Assembly (NCBI RefSeq): GCF_001194135.2
Contig: NC_068991.1
Location: 59,083,270 to 59,124,806 of the forward strand
Origin: Octopus bimaculoides
Taxonomy: Eukaryota
DNA: 41,537 nucleotides
Reading direction: 5' to 3'
This document shows, in pieces, positions 33,956-41,537 of this stretch (the stretch's first letter is position 1; each line of letters opens with the position of its first letter). The notes under the pieces are model-generated. The model saw only the letters and a list, made by a program, of their open reading frames with translations, had not been told where the DNA came from and did no database searches. Position numbers and translations under genes: made by a program.

Positions 33956-34786
33956 CCATTATTGTTGTTGCTGTTGTTGTTGTTCCTGTTTTTTTTTTTG
34001 GCGTGGGGGTTCAACAGGTTAGCTTGACATTGTAAGGCATATTTCATTAGCGAAATGAAAAGGTGAAAAGGGAGAAAAAATCATTACTATCATTGTGAAT
34101 TTTGCTGGGTATAGCTCTTACCCGGAATCCCACCCTCACTCACGACTCTAACCAACGTTGGATTCTATACGATTGTAATGGTAGCTCACAGGCTCAAACA
34201 TTAATTGTGACTTGAAATTAAATCTTTTGACATCTTAAAAGGGGGGCGAAAATCACGTGAACCATAGCAATCTAATTAATTTTTAAATTACCCAATTTCT
34301 AAAGATTGCACCCAGAAAAATGATATTACTAAAGCAATTATTTAAATTTTCTTTATCGTCACTTAATTTTTATTATACTTTTTATTATATTTCATTATTA
34401 CATTTATTTGTTATACACATTGTCTTTTTTTTATTCACTTCGTTTTGCAATATTTGTTTTTTTCTTTGGTTTTGTTTTCTCATACACAATGTGTTTGGTT
34501 ACTTGTAATTTTCGTTCAGCTGTTTTTTGGGGATTTTTTTTGTATTTTTTGTGTGTAACTGATGGAGATTTTTTTTTTTAAATACCTTTCGCTTTCGGTC
34601 TCGTGTTTCTATTCCAATTTTCCTCTCTTTATCAATTTGTGTGTATGTTTTTATTTATTTATTTATTTTATTGTCTTCGTTTGACTCAATTATGAACAAC
34701 AGATCTAGAAACGGACAGACATACACTCACATATACGCATGCCTTCACACACACACACAGAAAACAGACAGACAGACAGACAGACT

Positions 34787-34829
<43 letters not shown>

Positions 34830-35711
34830 TCAAACATACATAAATACTCACATAGACTCATTCAAACATACATGTATTCATAAATTATACAGTCATGCAC
34901 ATACATACATACATGCATACTTGATTGCTTGTTAAAGTTATCTCTAGAGATTTTCTATAAAAATTATAGCACTGCTAACACAGTAGATTTACAAAAACGT
35001 TGAATATACTTTGTAGTATATTATAGTGGCATAATGAAATACGGTGTCCCTACTGCAACTTGATTTCGACCAATGCCAATATTTGATTCTTCTCTTAAAC
35101 ATGAATAGCACAGATGTCGCTTTTCAGTCCTGCGAAGAAGCTACACTCCTTTGCATAGATGTGATAACTATGAGTGCATATTGCAGTATGTGTTTATAGA
35201 GCTTACCATCCTTGCCGTGCATGCTTTTTTAACGCTGGGAAAGTCCTTCCACGGGGCTTAATCCCACCCTATAAACAACGCATGTATTTTGCTCCAAAAA
35301 CAACTTGTCTATATGATTGGATACCAAAGACGTCAGGCGTTACAACAGTGTCTTCGTTCTTCTAATGTGACATCTAAACAAAGACTAGAAGTCTCTCACT
35401 CCCAGCTATTGGCCGGCAGTTTACTCTACTGAGTTCATCTGCCCTTCGACAGGTTCTGTTTTCTGTCCTGCAGGCTGTCCAACGAAAATCACCTTTGTTA
35501 CTGTCAGTTTTATTAGTCGCGAAGCACCAACCATGTGACAGATTTTACTTGTTTAGCTGTTACTCAGAGTTACCATACATGCATAAATACGCGCAACTAT
35601 TTCACCGTTTCCTCTTACTATTACGATCTGATACCTTTTTATTAGAAGCTCTTTCACTAAAGAAGACATTCTATACACAGCTTGAACAGTCAACCAAATT
35701 GCTGGGAGTGA

Positions 35712-36215
35712 GATACATGGGCCAAGAGACAGCAACGAAATGAACAGCGTCATTGGTGAACTCGGTTAAAAGCAACCATTGATTGGATCTTAAGCTGAGC
35801 ACTGTCGTTGATGAACTTTGTTAAAAGCAAACAAGCGGTAACAGTAAATAAGACCGACGCATTGATATCAATCACGTGCATTTCGCTATTCTGGTGTAGA
35901 AGGTTCAAACCCATGAGCAGGATAACTTCCTCTGGACAAAAATTATTTATGCGTTACAGTAATGTATTAACGTTATTTCATTCAAATATTGTCTTCTCTT
36001 GACTGTACTTCGTGCTATTGATTAAATTTTCCATCAAAACACGCTCATTACTTGAAAGTCCATTGAACTTATCAAGTGTTTGTGATGGTATATTACGTAA
36101 AAATAAATTTCAAAAATATTTTACAATTTACCATCCAAAGTGGAATTTTCAATCAAAGTAGACAGACGTAATTTAAAAGTGAAAATATTACTGAACAAAC
36201 ACGAATTTATTAGAT
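35712..36215 (-). repeat. Inverted-pair arm 1: decayed coding-like repeat
   Basis: Aligns with the reverse complement of 38205-38682; translates ...NLFLRNIPSQTLDKFNGLSSNE...FCPEEVILL. Confidence 0.85.
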
Positions 36216-36277
36216 AATACACACACGCACACGCACACACACACACACACATATTCATATAACGAAAGTTAATAAAC

Positions 36278-36603
36278 TGGCACTCCGTCGGTTACGACGA
36301 CTAGTGTTTCAGTTTATCCGATCAACAAAGACAGCCTCCACGTGAAATTAATATGCAAGTTACCGTACACTCCCCAGACACACGTATATTTAACGCAATT
36401 CTCAGGAAGAGTCAGCGTGTCACAGAATGCGAGAAGGCTGGCCCTTTGAAATACAGGTACAACTCATTTTTGCCAAGTGAGTGCACTGGAAGAACGTGAA
36501 GTAAAATGTCTTGCTCAAGGACACAACGCGTCACCGAGTATCGATCTCATAACATTACGCTCGTGAGCTGAATGTCCTAACCACTAGGCCACGCGCCTTC
36601 ACC
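36278..36603 (-). mobile_element. tRNA-derived SINE sharing the family B 3' tail but with a different middle
   Basis: A box TGGCCTAGTGG (36581-36591); central GTGTCCTTGAGCAAGACATTTTACTTCACG; 3' ~150 bp homologous to 2810-2975. Confidence 0.82.
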
Positions 36604-36626
36604 ACATAAACAATATGTAAACATTA

Positions 36627-37040
36627 GGCACAGGCGTTACTGTGTGGTAAGAGACTTGCTTACCAACCACACGGTTTCGGGTTCAGTTCCATTACGTGGC
36701 TCCTTGGGCAAGTGTCTTCTACTATAGCCTCGAGCCGACCAATGCCTTATTTGGTGGACGGAAACTGAAAGAAGCCAGTCGAATTTATATATGTGTGTGT
36801 GTGTGCGCGCGCGCGTGTGTGTGTGTGTGTGTGTCTCCCCATCACTGTTTGACAACCGGTATTGGCGTATTTATATCTCCATAACTTAGCGGTGTGGTAA
36901 AAGAGACCGATAGAATAAGTACTAGGTTTTAAAAAATAAGTCCTAGGGTCGATTTGTTCGACTAAAAAAACCTTGAAGGCGGAAGTGCTCCAGCATGGCC
37001 GCAGTCAAACGACTGAAACAAGGGAAAGAATAAACGAATA
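36627..37040 (+). mobile_element. Full-length SINE family C with internal microsatellite
   Basis: tRNA-like head, CCTTGGGCAAGTGTCTTC middle, internal (TA)(TG)(CG) tract, GGGTCGATTTGTTCGACT module, GCTCCAGCATGGCCGCAGTC tail. Confidence 0.88.
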
Positions 37041-37042
37041 TA

Positions 37043-37666
37043 TGGTTTTATTAACTGTCGTATGTTTTCTTGAATTCTCACACATTTCTATAGCATCAAC
37101 TCCACTTTAACATAAGGACCAGCTATGTACTGAAGATTATGTAATCGACTGACCCCCTCTCCACAAAAGTTCATACCTTGTGTCGATAGAAGATAGCATT
37201 AAATACTTTGGGTGCATAATGTAGGGATGTGTTTGGGAAAACGCTTTAATTCATTTGTGAATATAAATAAAAAAAGAAAGAAACACATGCATAGTTTTCT
37301 CGCAACTCATAAAACAGAAAATGTTTATTTAATATCATTTGCCACACAACGCATATGAAATATCGTGTTCTTTGAAAGAATTTTTGGTAAACTTAATGAA
37401 CCAAGAAAATCTAAAGAAAATAATTTTAAAAGCAGAGAATAAAACTGACTTTTCAAAAGGAAATTGCATTGGTTTTTGTCAAGTTAATTAAAATAGATTA
37501 CCTGCCGCAAATTATAATGAGGATCTTTAACACCTGCCGAAAGAAAAATCACACGAAATTGCATTTATTTCGGAAAACAACGAATGATAATAATGTTTAC
37601 TTTATATGAGTTAATGCTATAAAAATGTATATAAATTCACGAAAACAAACGACAGTTAATAAAACC
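37043..37666. mobile_element. Unclassified MITE with ~65 bp TIRs
   Basis: TGGTTTTATTAACTGTCGTATGTTTTCTTGAATT vs the reverse complement of the right end TGGTTTTATTAACTGTCGTTTGTTTTCGTGAATT (32/34), with similarity continuing inward; TSD unclear. Confidence 0.78.
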
Positions 37667-37692
37667 ATTTATTATTGTTTACACATCTGTTT

Positions 37693-38098
37693 CAAATTTT
37701 GACACAAGGCCGGGAGTTTTAAGGGAGGAGGTAAGCCGATTACATTAACTCTAATGCTCAACCTAGTACATATTTTATCGATACACGAAAGGATGAAAGG
37801 CAAAGTCTACCTCGGCGGAATTTGAACTCGGAACGAAAAGATGGACGAAATGCCGCTAAGCTTTTCACCCAGTAAGTTAACGATTCTTTTCTACTCTAGG
37901 CACAAAGGTTCAGAATTTCGGGGGAGGGGGCCAGTCGATTAGATCAACCACAGTATGCAACTGGTACTTAATTTATCGATCCCGAAAGGATAAATGGTAA
38001 AGACGACCTCGGCGGAATTTGAACTCACAACGTAAAGACAGACGGAATACCGCTCAGCATTTCGTCCGGCGTGCTAACGAACCTGCCAGCTCCATGCC
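37693..38098 (-). mobile_element. Head-to-tail dimer of SINE family A
   Basis: Two consecutive reverse-strand copies (37693-37880 and 37890-38098). Confidence 0.82.
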
Positions 38099-38110
38099 TT
38101 AACTTTTATG

Positions 38111-38111
<1 letters not shown>

Positions 38112-38204
<93 letters not shown>
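38112..38204. repeat. (TG)n microsatellite
   Basis: Perfect run abutting inverted-pair arm 2. Confidence 0.99.
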
Positions 38205-38207
<3 letters not shown>

Positions 38208-38682
38208 CTAATAAAGCCGTGTTTGCTCAGCAATATTTTGACTTTTAAATTACGTCTGTCTACTTTGATTGAAAATTCTACTTTGAATGGTAAATTTTAA
38301 AATATTTTTAAAATTTATTTTTGCGTAATATAACGCTACAAACACTTGATAAGTTTAATGGACTGTCAGGTAATGAATGTGCTATGGTGGAAAATCTAAT
38401 CAATGGCATGAAAGTACAGTCAAAGAAGACGATATTTGAATGAACTGATCTCAGTACATTACTGTTACATATGGATTGATTTTGTCCGGAGGAAGTTACT
38501 TTGCTAATCAGTTTCGAACCCGCCACAGCAGAGTAGTGAGATAAACGCGATTGGTTGCTTTTAGTAAAGTTCAGCAACGGCAGCGCTTAGCTTAAAATCC
38601 CATCATTGGGCCGCTGGTGGCTTCTAACTGAGTTCGTCAATTATGCGGTTCGTTTCTATGCCATCTCTTGGTCCATGCACCA
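38205..38682 (+). repeat. Inverted-pair arm 2: decayed coding-like repeat
   Basis: NLFLRNITLQTLDKFNGLSGNECAMVENLING...KTIFE*TDLSTLLLHMD*FCPEEVTLL. Confidence 0.85.
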
Positions 38683-39241
38683 CCCGTTTATCATCGCATT
38701 CTGACCTGCGATTGATTTTAGGGGAGTTAACCAATCATACCACCGGTTTAATACTCTTTCCTGTTCTCATAGGGGTCTTTAATGATATTCACTGTTGCGA
38801 AGGCTTGAATCTCCAGGCGAGTCGACATCCAGTACATTTTCCTAAACATTTCAACTGAAAAATAATACATAACTTATTGAACTACCCCTACTCTCAGAGA
38901 GATTAAAGTTAATAAGACGTTGAGGAAATTTGAGTTCACGTCTTGGAGAAGTTTAACTAAACAGCCTGAGATCCTTTTGTCCCGCAGTTTATTATTTGAT
39001 TATTGATTTTAGTGATAATAGTCTCTTGGAGCTAAATGACACTAACATTTGTCCTACCCAGGACTGCCACATTATGTTGGCAAGTAATCTTTACTCTAGT
39101 GTGCTGTTACTGAATGTCTCTTGTTGAGAAATTTAGTAATCATAATTTTTCTGTTTATTAGATCAGTGGCTGTGTGTCACTTTGAAAATTATATATTTCG
39201 AACAAGAGTTTAGCAGTGCCATCTCTAGCCGAGCAGTTATT

Positions 39242-39284
39242 CTGTGCTGACGAAGGGAAATAACCCAGACACCGCGGTACGCAG
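39242..39284 (+). ncRNA. Minimal type-I hammerhead-ribozyme-like motif (decayed)
   Basis: CTGTG-CTGACGA-AGGG-AAATAA-CCCA-GACAC-CGCG-GTA-CGCAG: stem I 5 bp, stem II GGG/CCC, 8 bp palindrome ACCGCGGT, GUA; GAAA reads GACA. Confidence 0.68.
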
Positions 39285-39524
39285 GTATTACTTTGTGCTG
39301 AGTGGGGACGCTAAACTCGCTTGTTAGAAAATATAAGGACATAGATAGTGTGTCACGTAGCCAGCTGGAGACGATGTTTCCTGGGACTAAATAACAGCAA
39401 AATTAATCCTAACCAGAACTGCTACATGATGTTGGCAAATAATCTTTACTCTAGGGTACAGAATGTCTCTCGTTGAGTGATTTCGAAATAATAAATTTTC
39501 TATTTGATAATAGTTTCGAAATTT

Positions 39525-39690
39525 GGCATAAGAGCTAGTAGAATTTGTGGGGAGGGGGAAGTCAATTATCTCAATTGACTGGTATTTATTACATCGACCC
39601 CGAATGGGTGAATGGCAAAGTCGACGACGAAATGCCACTAAGCATTTTGTCCGGCGTACAAACGACTTTGCCGGCTCACCGCCTTAAATT
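39525..39690 (-). mobile_element. SINE family A, diverged
   Basis: ACATCGACCCCGAATGGGTGAATGGCAAAGTCGAC...CTAAGCATTTTGTCCGGCG. Confidence 0.75.
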
Positions 39691-40428
39691 GATTTTACTA
39701 ATAATAACGTTTAGCATTCGTCTTTGACAGATTTTAAGGAAGATATTAATTAACTCAACCTTGGTGGTAGATAATTAATTAATTTCTCGAGTCGGTGAAG
39801 AATAAAAGGCAGTCATTTCTAGAAAGATGCAGAATGTTAAGAAACTTACTTGAACACGGCATGGAATTGTTTCCAACGTTGGTAGGATTTGAACTCACAA
39901 CCTGGAGAAAGCTAACCAAAGTCCTCGAGGCCTTTTGCTCATTACTAAAGTGCTTTTCTATAATTTTTCCCCACTTTCTATGATGGGTACAAGGTCTGAA
40001 TTTCGTGGGAGGGCTGTTAGTCAATTATGTGTTTCCATCTCAACAGGTACTTTATTCTAACGATTCTGAGAGGAAAAAAGTCGGTGGAATTTAAAATAAG
40101 AACGTAAACCCGGGGAAAATGCCGCTGAGCATTTTGTCCGGCGCGTTAACTATTCTACCAGCTCGCCACCTTTGGTTGCTAATTAATTTCAGTGATAATG
40201 ACGTTCAGCATAAAAACAGAACGATGCTACAGATTTTAGGGAAGAAGTTGATTAAAATTAATTCAACCCAGGTACTTGATTGGTAATTAATTTCCTGATT
40301 CCGGGAAGGATTAAAGGCAAACTCAGTTCCGGAAAGATACAGAATACAGAATATTCAGAGACGTGGCTAAGCATTACATGGAAATGTTCGCAGCTTTTAA
40401 CATTTTTACGCACCGATTAATGTAATAA

Positions 40429-40500
40429 TACCGGATTTACCGGTGTATAAGACGTACTCCCACATAAGAAGCACCCCTGTTTTCAAAGGATATTTTCAGG
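40429..40500 (+). mobile_element. Possible pogo/Tc2-like terminal fragment
   Basis: TACCGGATTTACCGGTGTATAAGACG resembles TACCGTATTT..CG.GTATAAGAC termini; no partner end found. Confidence 0.35.
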
Positions 40501-40591
40501 AAAAAACAAATCTAGTGTTTTATGATACACATATTCTAAAGTGGTTTTGATGGGCAAAATGTAAGATTCTATGCAGGTAAATACAATACAA

Positions 40592-40877
40592 CAGTGGTTC
40601 TCAACCGGGACTCGCATGACTCTTGGGAGTCAACATGACCCTCGAGAGTCCACATGACCATTGAGAGTCCATGTAAGATATTTTTTGTTAAAATTTATGC
40701 GCAATAAATTGCTTATACTACAAAACACCAAATATTTAAATTTTTACCACAATTCCTAATAATACCTAATTGTAAGAATATAATAGGATCTTTAAAACAT
40801 CGAATGGCACTTAGGGTCCACCCAAGTAGAATAGGAGACAAATGGGGTTGAGAGGCAGAAATGGTTGAGAATCATTA
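40592..40877. mobile_element. hAT (Charlie-like) MITE
   Basis: TIR CAGTGGTTCTCAACC / GGTTGAGAATCATTA; 8 bp TSD CAATACAA (40584-40591) vs CAATATAA (40878-40885) with central TA. Confidence 0.82.
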
Positions 40878-41210
40878 CAATATAATGACAGCATACTGGA
40901 ATAAAGTATGAAACCATAGATTTATCACAAATAATGTACGTCATGGGAGTATTGTTTTTCAGTTCTATCTTCTTTCAGACAAGCAGTATAGTTGCTTATA
41001 TAGAGAATGTAAAACTCGTATATCTTGCTTTGGTGCCTTATGTAACCGCGATGGGTCACCAGAGTGGTACACCACTGCTATGGCTTTGCTGCCATCCACT
41101 CACTGTAATTGACTGACAAGCGGATTGGAGTTTAACATTCTTTTCATCTATCTAGAAGAACGTAAAGACGGACGAAATGTCGCTAAGCATTTTGCCCTGC
41201 GTGCTAATAT

Positions 41211-41211
<1 letters not shown>

Positions 41212-41264
<53 letters not shown>

Positions 41265-41320
41265 NNNNNNNNNNTAATAATAATAATAATAATAATAATA
41301 ATGATAATAATAATAATCCT
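41212..41320. repeat. (TAA)n microsatellite
   Basis: Trinucleotide run with a short gap. Confidence 0.97.
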
Positions 41321-41452
41321 TTCAACTATAGGCTCAAGACATGAAATTTTGTAGGAGGGAGTGTTTCACTGGTACTTAATTTACCGACACCGAAATGATA
41401 AAAGGCAAAGTCGACCTCGTCAGAATTTGAACTCAGAACGTAAAGGCGGACG
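41320..41452 (-). mobile_element. SINE family A, partial, running into (GAA)n
   Basis: AAAGGCAAAGTCGACCTCGTCAGAATTTGAACTCAGAACGTAAAGGCGGACGAA. Confidence 0.8.
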
Positions 41453-41537
41453 AAGAAGAAGAAGAAGAAGAAGAAGAAGAAGAAGAAGAAGAAGAAGAAG
41501 AAGAAGAAGAAGAAGAAGAAGAAGAAGAAGAAGAAGA
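41453..41537. repeat. (GAA)n microsatellite
   Basis: Perfect run to the window end. Confidence 0.99.

Noticed and set aside
35453-35743. Strong acceptor-like TTCTGTTTTCTGTCCTGCAG followed by an open frame
   Set aside because: The peptide is unrecognisable, no donor was found, and it runs into the inverted repeat arm.

Overview
This is AT-rich eukaryotic intergenic or intronic DNA, with about 4.5 kb of N gaps and very dense microsatellites. The repeat families resemble those I recall from octopus (cephalopod) genomes; that assignment comes from recognition, not a search. I found no host protein-coding gene I can support, and the ORFs containing X or made of (TA)n/(TG)n are artefacts. The window is mostly mobile-element debris: many tRNA-derived SINE copies from at least three modular families, two internally deleted Mag-like Ty3/gypsy LTR elements, a ~1.24 kb Tc1/mariner element with DD36E spacing, mariner, hAT and unclassified MITEs, RTE LINE scraps, and an open LINE ORF1-like zinc-knuckle frame. 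The most interesting signal is a set of unrelated minimal type-I hammerhead-ribozyme-like motifs with self-complementary stem III (24917-24996, 30949-31006, 39242-39284, plus weaker relics). The 39242 motif sits inside a hairpin bracketed by ~125 bp direct repeats, a retrozyme/Penelope-like arrangement. Near it lies a ~500 bp inverted pair of decayed coding-like sequence.
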